A DNA stretch of 64,000 bases, from contig JBGSUI010000188.1 of NCBI GenBank assembly GCA_041736175.1, positions 8,717 to 72,716 of the forward strand. The letters are read 5' to 3'. How positions within the stretch are numbered: position 1 is the first letter of the stretch; each line of letters opens with the position of its first letter. Of this stretch, positions 1 to 8,905 are shown in pieces. Below the pieces are notes generated by a model, which worked only from the letters and a program-made list of their open reading frames with translations, made no database searches and was not told the origin of the DNA. Made by a program: the position numbers and the translations under genes. The stretch comes from Oligoflexales bacterium. GTDB lineage: Bacteria > Bdellovibrionota_B > Oligoflexia > Oligoflexales > CAIYRB01.

Positions 1-901
1 CATAGTCACCGAGCTGCTCAAAGATCTGGCCCATCTTAAAACGAATGATCGACCGGCCCATATCGGCCTCGACCGAAAGAAGGCATTGGCGCAGGACCCG
101 TAGACAGCCTTCCCAGTGTCCAAGCCGCTGGTACGCATCATAAAGCACTGTTGAGGTGTCGATAGGACTTTCGTTGCAATGCTGTTCAACGATTTCTATG
201 GCGTCTTTAGGTTGGTCTAGTTGGTACAGATAAATAGCCGCAAGTTCGAGAGCAACCCTGTAAACCTCCTGGGCATAGCTGACACTGGTCAGAAGGGTCC
301 TCAAAATCAATACCACCTCCTCCCAATCCCCGCTTTGGGTAAAAACCAGCTTAAAGTACCTAAGGGCCTTAACATTTTTGGGGTCTGTTTCGATCAAACG
401 TTCATAGGTCTTTGCTAGGAGAGATTCGTTGTGAGTCTTTTTTTCGTAAAGAATACAAAGTCTTTCAAGGCATTTGATCTGGTCCCCATGATCTTTGAAA
501 TGGGGGGACGCTGCGTTGAGGATCATTGCTTCAGCAGCAAAATCTTCGTGGTTGAGGATTTTGCTGATGACCTCCTGTTGCAAAATCGGGTAGCTAACCT
601 TAAGGTCTCGGGTCAAATTACAACAAACTTCGGCAGCTTTGCCTATATCTTCCATATATCTATAGTGAGTCCTTGCGAGGCGCACATAAAGATTAAGGCT
701 TTGCTGGGCGGGATCCGCAATCCTTTCCTCTAAGAGCCTAAAATAAGCGGTCCAGCATTCAAAGGACTCAAGTGTGTCAAGGGTCTCGCCAAGCTCTTCG
801 GCAGACGTCGGGGGATGAGTCTCAATACTTTTCAATAATTCTTTTATTTTAGATGGTTGGGGTTGGTCGTTCACAATTTCTGATATCATAAGGGCCCCCA
901 T
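1..901 (-). CDS. TPR-like helical-repeat protein, N-terminal ~300 aa (gene runs off the window start)
   Basis: Own minus-strand translation. ATG at 901-899 (alternative ATG 889-887), and the frame stays open to base 1, so the ORF has no stop in the window and is absent from the ORF track. The product MGALMISEIVNDQPQ...DPKNVKALRYFKLVFTQSGDWEEV...PKDAIEIVEQH... is helical with TPR-like spacing. Confidence 0.55.
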   Translation of the reverse strand, partial: MGALMISEIVNDQPQPSKIKELLKSIETHPPTSAEELGETLDTLESFECWTAYFRLLEERIADPAQQSLNLYVRLARTHYRYMEDIGKAAEVCCNLTRDLKVSYPILQQEVISKILNHEDFAAEAMILNAASPHFKDHGDQIKCLERLCILYEKKTHNESLLAKTYERLIETDPKNVKALRYFKLVFTQSGDWEEVVLILRTLLTSVSYAQEVYRVALELAAIYLYQLDQPKDAIEIVEQHCNESPIDTSTVLYDAYQRLGHWEGCLRVLRQCLLSVEADMGRSIIRFKMGQIFEQLGDY

Positions 902-1003
902 CTCGTAAAATCCCGCAGCGTCTTCGATCTTATTCCTAGAAGCTACCACGGCCCCGTCCCTTTCCCAAGATGGCGTTGCCGCACGGAGACTTAAGCGACC
1001 TTT

Positions 1004-1600
1004 TTACCTAACGAGCAGCCCTTCTAAGAGAAGCGAAGTGGATTTTTTAGTGATTCCATCATAGTCAAAGGAACCTTCGTCAAAAAGCCATTGAAGACTT
1101 AAACCATCAATGACAGCAACAACATAGGAGGCATACTGTATAGGATCGACCGCCCTAAAAACCCCTTGTTCGACTCCCTCGCGAATGACCTGGATGGCCG
1201 AATCACGAAACTTACTATAATGGCGGGCGATGACTTTTCGAACGTCTTCCTTTTGGTTGATCTGGGTCCAAAAATCCATATTGACCTGGTAGTACTCTTT
1301 TGTATTTCGAACCACATCAAAGCAGACCTCTAGGAAGACCTCAAACCTTCGCTTAATGTCCGAGGTGGATTCCATCTCTGACGTCAGGACTTGTTCGATA
1401 TCGCCCGCAACCTTGTCGAGGACTGACATCATCAACTCATCTTTATTCAAAAAATAATAGTGGATGATCCCTTTGCTCACTCCTGCCGTGCGAGCCACGT
1501 CCTGCATCGAAAAATTATGGTATCCATACTTTGTAATGCAATCAACGGTCGCCCTGACAATCTGATCTTTACGTTCAGCAGCGACGTCTGCTTTAGACAT
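1004..1600 (-). CDS. TetR/AcrR-family transcriptional regulator
   Basis: The N-terminal HTH RATVDCITKYGYHNFSMQDVARTAGVSKGIIHYYF is the TetR_N signature. I moved the start to ATG 1600 (MSKADV...), which has GAGGAG 7 nt upstream; the track start is 1663. Confidence 0.85.
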   Translation of the reverse strand: MSKADVAAERKDQIVRATVDCITKYGYHNFSMQDVARTAGVSKGIIHYYFLNKDELMMSVLDKVAGDIEQVLTSEMESTSDIKRRFEVFLEVCFDVVRNTKEYYQVNMDFWTQINQKEDVRKVIARHYSKFRDSAIQVIREGVEQGVFRAVDPIQYASYVVAVIDGLSLQWLFDEGSFDYDGITKKSTSLLLEGLLVR

Positions 1601-1916
1601 TGGAATACTCCTCAAGAATCGACTCTGGATCCTAGCACCATTATCTAACTCCATGCAACACAAGCGGTTAGGGAACTTTGGGCCCGTCGAGAGTCTGTTA
1701 GATCGTTCGAAATCCCATCACTCCAATTCTTAGTTAGAGCAGATCACTTGAGTCACATCAGCAAAGATGCTAAACTCGGTTAAAACCTATGAATAGTTTG
1801 ATTTCAACGCCCCTGTAAAGGGACATTTCATTCTGAGCTTTGTCGGCTTGCAAAACAGTCCTGTAAGAATCTACCCGGCACGCCCTGTGCGGCTGTCTCC
1901 ATGGAGCACTTGAGAT

Positions 1917-3089
1917 ATGGGTCTAGCTGAATGTATTTTTAAAACAGTCACCATGGGTGCCGTCGCAGCGGTGGGAGGGGCGGTTCTGCTCATCCAATCC
2001 CCAGAGGTACGGGCTGCCGAATTTCGCTGGACCCATTTTGGTATCAGGCCCTTGGCTATGGGAAACGCCTATGTGGCCGTGGCCGATGACTACAATGCCT
2101 TATTTTACAATCCTGCGGGATTGGCCCGACTTAAGGAATGGAGTGGGGAGTTTTTCAATCCCCACGCCGAAATCTCTGACAACACCATAGCCGCCATCAG
2201 CGATGTCTCTGATTTGATGTCGGGAGCATCGGGAGATACCAACTCCGTTTTGGATTTTTTAGAGAAAAACACAGGAAAAACTCATCATTTTGGTTTTGGC
2301 CTAACCCCCCATTTGGTCTTTCCGGGGTTTGGGTTTGGCTTAGGGCTCGAGCTGGCGGCGACGATTGGGGTTCACCGCGAGATTTCTACCGATCTGGATT
2401 TTGGTCCCCGGGTTATTGCCCCGGTATCTTTTGCAACCAATTTTTTTGAAGACCGTCTCAGCGTCGGCGCAAGCCTTAAACTGGTGGCTCGGGGTGGAGT
2501 CGATAGGTCGTTTAGTATCAACGATATACAGGCATTTTCGTCCAGTTCAAAATCGTCGACAGAGACCGCTGATCCCAACACCAATGCCACCAAACTCGAG
2601 GACTACGTCGAGGGGGGATTTGGCGCAGGAGTTGATGTGGGACTACTTTTCACCCCCATTAAAACCATGTCTCCAACCCTTGGCCTTAGCATCATAGACC
2701 TAGGAGGGACACCCTACCAAAAAGCTGATGTGGGTGGCAGCTCCCTTGGAGCACCAAACCCAAGGCTGCCGACCGTAAATACCGGGGTCAGCGTGATACC
2801 CTGGCAGGAAGGGGACATGTACTTAAGGGCGTCTGTGGATGCCCATGGAGTCAACCTGCCCATGCATTACTCTAAAAAGTTTAACCTCGGTCTCGAATGG
2901 GGTATTGGCTCGATTCTTAAACTCCAAACTGGCCTCCACCAGGGTGAGCTCGCTGGAGGATTTGAGTTTGATGTCTTTTTATTTTCCTGCCGGTTTGCAA
3001 CCTATACAGAACAGTTAGGCACCATCGCTGGGCAGGACGAAAATCTTCGCGACCGAAGATATGCCCTTGAGCTGAAACTATTAATCTAA
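1917..3089 (+). CDS. outer-membrane beta-barrel protein (TraF_2/FadL/PorV-like N-terminal motif)
   Basis: Signal-like N-terminus followed by FGIRPLAMGNAYVAVADDYNALFYNPAGLARL, a motif I recall from TraF_2/PorV-type OM barrels. Gly/aromatic-rich alternating strands. Transcribed divergently from the TetR gene. Confidence 0.5.
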   Translation: MGLAECIFKTVTMGAVAAVGGAVLLIQSPEVRAAEFRWTHFGIRPLAMGNAYVAVADDYNALFYNPAGLARLKEWSGEFFNPHAEISDNTIAAISDVSDLMSGASGDTNSVLDFLEKNTGKTHHFGFGLTPHLVFPGFGFGLGLELAATIGVHREISTDLDFGPRVIAPVSFATNFFEDRLSVGASLKLVARGGVDRSFSINDIQAFSSSSKSSTETADPNTNATKLEDYVEGGFGAGVDVGLLFTPIKTMSPTLGLSIIDLGGTPYQKADVGGSSLGAPNPRLPTVNTGVSVIPWQEGDMYLRASVDAHGVNLPMHYSKKFNLGLEWGIGSILKLQTGLHQGELAGGFEFDVFLFSCRFATYTEQLGTIAGQDENLRDRRYALELKLLI

Positions 3090-3107
3090 CTTAAAGGGAT
3101 ACGGTCT

Positions 3108-3803
3108 ATGGAAAGGTTCGTCGGGAAACTCCTCCTGTCACAGCTAGGTCTAGGTTTGGTGGGTTTAGGGACCATAAGTCTTTGGGAGTCCAAACCAGGT
3201 CTCGCAAAGGGTCTCAACGAGATCTCAACCCAAAACCCCGCGACCCAACCTCCACCACAACCTGTGGCTGAGTCTGGGATCCCTGCGCCATCCAGCGCCC
3301 TGTCACAGTCGATGGCTGGGCAGATTTTTATAGGTACCAGCACTGGTTTTGTTTCGGTTAGCAAATCTTCGGGGGATTGGAAAAGTGGTGGTGGCACCTC
3401 GGACGTCATTGTCGGTTATAAGGTCACGAACCTATCCCCAGAGATCCCGGTGATTGGAACCTATCGGTACAGCCCTGTTGCCGTTAGCGGCACCGAAAAG
3501 GGTTATGAATATAGAGGTGTGTGGGAAACCCATTATTTCGGAGCGAGGGGAAACTATACCCTCACTCCGGATATGACCGCCTACGGCGGAGCCGAACTGG
3601 GCTATACCTTAATCTACCTGCAACCGCTTGATGGATCGGTCCAAAATATCAAGGCCGAGGACAATGGGGTGGCCCTTGCCCTCGGAGGCGGTCTAGACTA
3701 CAAGATGTTAGAGAACCGGTTTAGCGTGGGTCCTCGGCTCCACTTGGGTTTTGGATCGACCTCGATCTATCAGCTTTCAGCCAGTGCCAGCTTTTACTTT
3801 TAA
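3108..3803 (+). CDS. small outer-membrane beta-barrel protein
   Basis: Signal peptide, alternating beta-strand pattern and a C-terminal aromatic residue (..SASASFYF), as in OmpA/OmpW-class barrels. Starts 18 nt after the previous gene. Confidence 0.5.
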   Translation: MERFVGKLLLSQLGLGLVGLGTISLWESKPGLAKGLNEISTQNPATQPPPQPVAESGIPAPSSALSQSMAGQIFIGTSTGFVSVSKSSGDWKSGGGTSDVIVGYKVTNLSPEIPVIGTYRYSPVAVSGTEKGYEYRGVWETHYFGARGNYTLTPDMTAYGGAELGYTLIYLQPLDGSVQNIKAEDNGVALALGGGLDYKMLENRFSVGPRLHLGFGSTSIYQLSASASFYF

Positions 3804-3856
3804 ATCCCCATAGAGCCTGACTCCACCATTGGGCTCTTAGATCAAAAGCGCTCAAA

Positions 3857-5404
3857 ATGACGATGTTGTGGCAAAAGGCCCTCAAAAGATATTTATGGTT
3901 TATTCTATGGACACTCGCTTCCATGATCTCATGCCACCGGCGTACGCTCGTGGGTGAGCTGATAGTCAGAGCGCCTGGAGAGGGCACCTACGAAATCTAC
4001 AGAATCGCCAACGAGAGTCCCCTACAGTTTGTCTCAGAGCAGTCGGGTCACTTTAACCAAAGCCTTGCCTTAGCTCCCGGACGGTATTTGGTCTTAGCGG
4101 ATTGCTCCAGTCAATCGATTACGATCTATCCAGGGTCCCAGGAAAACCTGCTGGTGCACCGTCTAAAGTTTGATCCTCCCACCCCACCGTCCCCCCAAGA
4201 CAGCTTTGCCATTCAGTGTAATCAGTCCGAAAAAACCAAGTCTATGCAAAACCTAAACAATAGGTACCAACTCTTTTTGCTCCATGGAAAATGGGATATT
4301 CTGGTTGGAATGGTTCCTATGCGAATTGATTTTACGACTATGGAGCCTATGGGTCAGTCCAAAGACCTGACCTTTAAACTGGCTGCACTCCAGGTCGCCA
4401 AAAGCGATCAGCAAAACGATGCCACCTATTTTGTTTCTCCCGTCGATCGGATGATTGCGGCGACGAAATACCAACACTTCGGCAGTTGGGAGTTTCTTTT
4501 AAAAGGGCGATATCATGTGGAGGTCAACGGGACTACAATGGAAGTCGCCCTTGAGGAAGGGGAGATGAGGACAATAAAGCCTGCGATTTTAAAAGTGACT
4601 ACTTCAGAATCTATCGATCTCACCCACCCAGCTAAACTAAAAGGTAGTCCATGGATGGTGGAAATCAACGCTGGCCACTGGTTAACCTTCAACGAGCCTT
4701 ATCCCATCTTACCTGGCAATGCTACGATTGGGATCAATGGCTCCTCCCAGGTCTTAGAAATCTCCGCTAGCGAAGATCAAGTGATCGATCTCAAGGCAAG
4801 AAGCATCTTTGTAAATAGCAATTGTGCCGCCGACGATATCCCATGTTTTGGATCTCACAATATTTCTCTCTATGAACCCGAAGAACCCTATCCCTTTGTG
4901 GAAACCATCTCTGATATTCCCATCCTCTATATCGACCAATCCAAACCCATCCTCCTAGGGGTGGAAGGATCGAGGGATATCACCTATGAGATAAGCCCCC
5001 AAGTCCGAGATCGTCAGGTCCAACTCGGGTACCTTCGCTTGATCCCCCAACCCCAACATCGTTTGGGACAAACGACCGATCTGGTGAGAATCATCACGAC
5101 GGGTCTTCCCTATCGCGGACATAGTTTAGACATCAACCTTGAAAACCCAACTCTGATGCCCCTTATTGAAGGGACTTACAAATTCGAACATTTTATCAGC
5201 ACCAGTGGACCTGACGGCGAGAGACGGGGCAACGACCGGCTCGTTACGGTGGAGGCCGGCAAAACTCTCGAACTTCCCTTTCCCGTCTTTATATCGGAAA
5301 AAAAATGGCTTTCTCTTAAAAAGTCACTGATTGGTCCGCCTGAACCGGATAAGGTTCAGGCTAAAGGTCCAGCCAATCCCGCAGAAAAATCCAAAGAATT
5401 GTAA
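3857..5404 (+). CDS. hypothetical exported protein or lipoprotein (515 aa)
   Basis: Long ORF with a hydrophobic N-terminus ending ..ASMISC (lipobox-like). I recognise no catalytic motif. Third gene of the co-directional OMP cluster. Confidence 0.5.
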   Translation: MTMLWQKALKRYLWFILWTLASMISCHRRTLVGELIVRAPGEGTYEIYRIANESPLQFVSEQSGHFNQSLALAPGRYLVLADCSSQSITIYPGSQENLLVHRLKFDPPTPPSPQDSFAIQCNQSEKTKSMQNLNNRYQLFLLHGKWDILVGMVPMRIDFTTMEPMGQSKDLTFKLAALQVAKSDQQNDATYFVSPVDRMIAATKYQHFGSWEFLLKGRYHVEVNGTTMEVALEEGEMRTIKPAILKVTTSESIDLTHPAKLKGSPWMVEINAGHWLTFNEPYPILPGNATIGINGSSQVLEISASEDQVIDLKARSIFVNSNCAADDIPCFGSHNISLYEPEEPYPFVETISDIPILYIDQSKPILLGVEGSRDITYEISPQVRDRQVQLGYLRLIPQPQHRLGQTTDLVRIITTGLPYRGHSLDINLENPTLMPLIEGTYKFEHFISTSGPDGERRGNDRLVTVEAGKTLELPFPVFISEKKWLSLKKSLIGPPEPDKVQAKGPANPAEKSKEL

Positions 5405-5416
5405 ACCTTCATAATT

Positions 5417-6370
5417 TTACAAGCCAGATTTTGGCCCCCATAACCAAGCCGCTCCCCGAACTCCGCTTGAGTCTCCATGGACGGCTTTCAAAAGCTTGGT
5501 AAATTTCCCATCTCCAAAAATAAACTGGTCCCAAATCTTGGGGATCTTTTCGTAAAGGCGGCCCACGTTAGAGAGGCCGCCCCCTAGGACGATTGCGTCC
5601 GGATCTATGGCATTGATCAGAACAGCAAGGGATCTTGCCAAGCGGTTTTCGAGGCGATCCAATGCCAGGAGACCATCACGATCGCCCTGGTTTGCTAGGG
5701 CGACGATCTCTTGGGCCTCGAGGTTTTTTCCCGTGGCCTTAAAAAAATCCGCCTTAAATCCGGTCCCTGAAACATAGGTCTCGATACATCCTCTATGGCC
5801 ACAGTAACAGGGAGGCGGGTTGTTCCATTCTTCCTGGTTGGGGTCAGGAAGGCGGTTGTGCCCCCACTCGCCACCCAGTGCGTTGGGGCCCCGCCAGATT
5901 TTTTGGTGGAGGACTAGTCCACCACCGCACCCAGTCCCTAAAATAACCCCAAAAACCACTTGGCCCCCTTTTCCTGCACCGTCCACAGCCTCGGAGAGGG
6001 CAAAACAGTTGGCATCGTTTTCAATGCGAACTTCCTGCCCTAAGAAGGTTGCCAGATCCTTGGCTAGTGGTTTGCCATTGATGATCTGCAAATTGGAGTT
6101 ACGCAGCAGGTCGGTCCCCGGTGCCAAAGAGCCCGGTATCCCTAGACCGACCGTCCCATGGCAGGGGACGCCAAGTTTTTGTTTAGATTCTGATTCCACA
6201 TGCCGGATAAGATGGCTTAGCTCCGCCAACAAGGCTTGATAGTCGTTTTTAGGCGTAGGAATCCTATGTCGCATAAGGATCTCACCCTCGGGATCCATAC
6301 CGATGGCTTCAATCTTTGTGCCACCTAAGTCGACCCCTAGGCGTAGGTGTATTGAATCATGTGACGACAT
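5417..6370 (-). CDS. ROK-family sugar kinase (N-acetylglucosamine kinase-like)
   Basis: DLGGTK ATP-binding start, IENDANCFALSEA, GVILGTGCGGG, and the ROK zinc motif CYCGHRGCIETYVSG. The block order matches E. coli NagK/Mak as I remember it. Confidence 0.8.
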   Translation of the reverse strand: MSSHDSIHLRLGVDLGGTKIEAIGMDPEGEILMRHRIPTPKNDYQALLAELSHLIRHVESESKQKLGVPCHGTVGLGIPGSLAPGTDLLRNSNLQIINGKPLAKDLATFLGQEVRIENDANCFALSEAVDGAGKGGQVVFGVILGTGCGGGLVLHQKIWRGPNALGGEWGHNRLPDPNQEEWNNPPPCYCGHRGCIETYVSGTGFKADFFKATGKNLEAQEIVALANQGDRDGLLALDRLENRLARSLAVLINAIDPDAIVLGGGLSNVGRLYEKIPKIWDQFIFGDGKFTKLLKAVHGDSSGVRGAAWLWGPKSGL

Positions 6371-6381
6371 CGTGAATTCCT

Positions 6382-8871
6382 TTAAAAGGTGTCAAAAAGA
6401 CTGCGAATCACAAGGCTATTTTTAAGGTTCTGAAGATCGATCGACGAAGATTGAATAGATTTTAGGGGTTTAATGGTCGAGAACTTCAAGATCCGGGTCT
6501 CTCCAGGATCGAGATCAAAGTAATTATCGCTTGTGATCACGTCAAAGCCTTGGGAATCAATTTCGACAAATTTAGCAAAGGCCTTGGCTGTTATGGAGAG
6601 GCTAAATGACCCGGGGGTCGGCTCCTCAAGGACCCAAGAAAGCTTAGGATCGACCAAATCCAGATGCTTGTAAGGCACAAAGCTAACAGTGGACCTTAAA
6701 ATTTGATTTTGTGGACCTTTAAAGGTCGCACTTAGGTAGTGGCCGCGGACCAGAGTTTTGGCGAGGTCATCCGTAAAGTCTAGATCTTGGAGGAGTGAGG
6801 AGTGAAAAGGGGCCACTTCTACCGATTTTTGCCCCTCCTTGATGACACGACCTGTCAGAGTGAGTAGTTTCCAAGTGAGTTCCCCCACAAGAACCGTCTT
6901 GGTTTCGTTGCTCAAGTGAATCTGGGCCTTGCGCCCCTCCTCACGGATCGATAGGAGAGGGCCTGCAAAGACTCTTTTTGCCACATAGTGCATGGCTTTC
7001 CAGCGACCGTAATAGTCTACTGACGACCAGGAAGTCACAGGCCAGTTATCGTTAAACTGCCAGTAGGTGGCTCCCATACACCTGCCTCTGTTTTGTCGCA
7101 AATGCTCCACCGCATAGCGCAAGGCTTCCCCTTGGCTGACTTGGGAAACATAGACTACGCTTTCAAAGTCTTTGGGATAGCGGTAATAGTCGGCAATAAA
7201 ATTAAATATTTTGGCATTGCCATTCTCTGAGTCGTTACGCTGGTGATCTTCCATGACGGGGCTAAAAATATTTCGATCTCCCGCCTCCGTAAAGGACTGG
7301 ATGGTCTTGATATTGGGAAATCCTTGGAACCCAAATTCAGAAAGAAATCTAAAATGATGCTTGCGAAACTCCGTATAGTTTTTTCTGCCGTGCCACACAT
7401 CCCAGTAATGGACATCGCCGCGATCGGGATGGTTAGGCTCGTCAAAAAACCCACCACTTGAAGGCGACGCGGGCCAGTAGTCGATGTAAGGACAGACTTC
7501 GGCAACGATCTGGGGAAACAAGATCTCATACTGCTTGATATACTCGACTCTGTTTTCTTTTGTATGGGGAAATCCCCAGACTTCAAACCCCCATTCCATT
7601 TCGTTGTTGCCGCAGATAAGACCGATACAGGCGTGGTGCCGAATGCGGGTGAGGTTTTCCCGGACTTCCTGGGTGATATTGGCGTAAAACTCCGGATTGT
7701 GGATATCGTAGATCGCACAGGAAAACATAAGGTCTTGCCAGATGATGATACCCATTTCATCACAGGCATCAAAAAAATCTTGGTTTGGATAAACCCCTCC
7801 GCCCCAGACGCGCATACAGTTAAAGTTGGCGTCTTGGGCAGTCTTAACCAACTCGCGGGTTTTCTCCCGGGTCACGCGGGTCAAATAGACGTCTTCGGGG
7901 ATATAATTGCCGCCGCAGGCAAAGATTGGGGTGCCATTGATATTGAACTGAAAGCTTTCGCCCCACTGGTCTTTTTTACGCTCAAGCCGCAGGGTCCTTA
8001 GCCCGATGCGAAGGCTACGTTGATCCGTAGTTTCACCGTTTACCAGGAGATCACAAGAGATCTGGTAGAGGGGATGTTCTCCTAGCCCGTTGGGCCACCA
8101 CAATTGGGGGCGTTCCACCGGGATCTCCAAGGTCTTGCCATCTTCAAGGGTCCATTGGCTTGCCTCCCCTTGGGGAGTTTTCAAGGTGAGCTGGAGCTTG
8201 GTAGGTAGGTTGGCCCAGCGATCTAGAGTTGCTGTCACAAGCAGGGTCACTTGAGACCCCTCGTGTTTTTGGGTGACTTGCAGGTCCTTTATCTTTGCAC
8301 CCAGATAGGAACTCACGCGGATATCCCTAAAGATACCCACATCTGGCATCTGGGGTCCCCAGTCCCATCCATAACTACAAAAGCTTTTGCGGATATGCAT
8401 AGCCCCCGGTAGCGGAGATACAACCTGCCAAAGGGGGCGCTCCTTTTGCCGGTCAGCGGCAGCTTTTACCGCATCTTCAAACAAGATCGAAAGGTGTTGA
8501 GGTTTATCGTGGGTGACGGAGGGGTCTAAGGGATATACCCAAGTGCGATGCATATTATTGGTCTTACCCAGGACTTTCTTGTTGAGTTCGACCGTCGCAA
8601 GAGTATCGAGACCAAAACACTCCAAATAAACCCGTCGATCGCTGCCTATAAATTCTTTAGGGATCTGGAAATCCCGTTCGAAGACAAACTGTCTTGAGAC
8701 GATCTCGACGCTTTGCCGGTTATTTTCTCTGTAAAAAACATCCACTTTTCCGTAGGCACCTGACTTTTCAATCTGAAACAAAACGGTACCAGGAACCTGG
8801 ACTTCGTCCCAGTTGTAGCGACCATCGGTAGAGCGGAGTTTCCAAGCACCGGCGAGATTGAGGTGTTTCAT
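6382..8871 (-). CDS. GH2 glycoside hydrolase, beta-mannosidase-like (829 aa)
   Basis: LWWPNGLGEHPLY, GNNEMEW (acid/base region), DVHYWDVWHG and LSEFGFQ (nucleophile region) are typical of GH2 beta-mannosidases. No signal peptide. Confidence 0.75.
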   Translation of the reverse strand: MKHLNLAGAWKLRSTDGRYNWDEVQVPGTVLFQIEKSGAYGKVDVFYRENNRQSVEIVSRQFVFERDFQIPKEFIGSDRRVYLECFGLDTLATVELNKKVLGKTNNMHRTWVYPLDPSVTHDKPQHLSILFEDAVKAAADRQKERPLWQVVSPLPGAMHIRKSFCSYGWDWGPQMPDVGIFRDIRVSSYLGAKIKDLQVTQKHEGSQVTLLVTATLDRWANLPTKLQLTLKTPQGEASQWTLEDGKTLEIPVERPQLWWPNGLGEHPLYQISCDLLVNGETTDQRSLRIGLRTLRLERKKDQWGESFQFNINGTPIFACGGNYIPEDVYLTRVTREKTRELVKTAQDANFNCMRVWGGGVYPNQDFFDACDEMGIIIWQDLMFSCAIYDIHNPEFYANITQEVRENLTRIRHHACIGLICGNNEMEWGFEVWGFPHTKENRVEYIKQYEILFPQIVAEVCPYIDYWPASPSSGGFFDEPNHPDRGDVHYWDVWHGRKNYTEFRKHHFRFLSEFGFQGFPNIKTIQSFTEAGDRNIFSPVMEDHQRNDSENGNAKIFNFIADYYRYPKDFESVVYVSQVSQGEALRYAVEHLRQNRGRCMGATYWQFNDNWPVTSWSSVDYYGRWKAMHYVAKRVFAGPLLSIREEGRKAQIHLSNETKTVLVGELTWKLLTLTGRVIKEGQKSVEVAPFHSSLLQDLDFTDDLAKTLVRGHYLSATFKGPQNQILRSTVSFVPYKHLDLVDPKLSWVLEEPTPGSFSLSITAKAFAKFVEIDSQGFDVITSDNYFDLDPGETRILKFSTIKPLKSIQSSSIDLQNLKNSLVIRSLFDTF

Positions 8872-8905
8872 CTGGATGATCCTTGTTTAAGAGTAAAGTT
8901 TTTGT

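Noticed and set aside
1664-1760. tRNA-like T-loop string GTTCGAAATCC (1704-1714)
   Set aside because: The flanking bases do not form a T-stem (AGATC has no complementary partner), and no acceptor or anticodon arms can be drawn. Not a tRNA.
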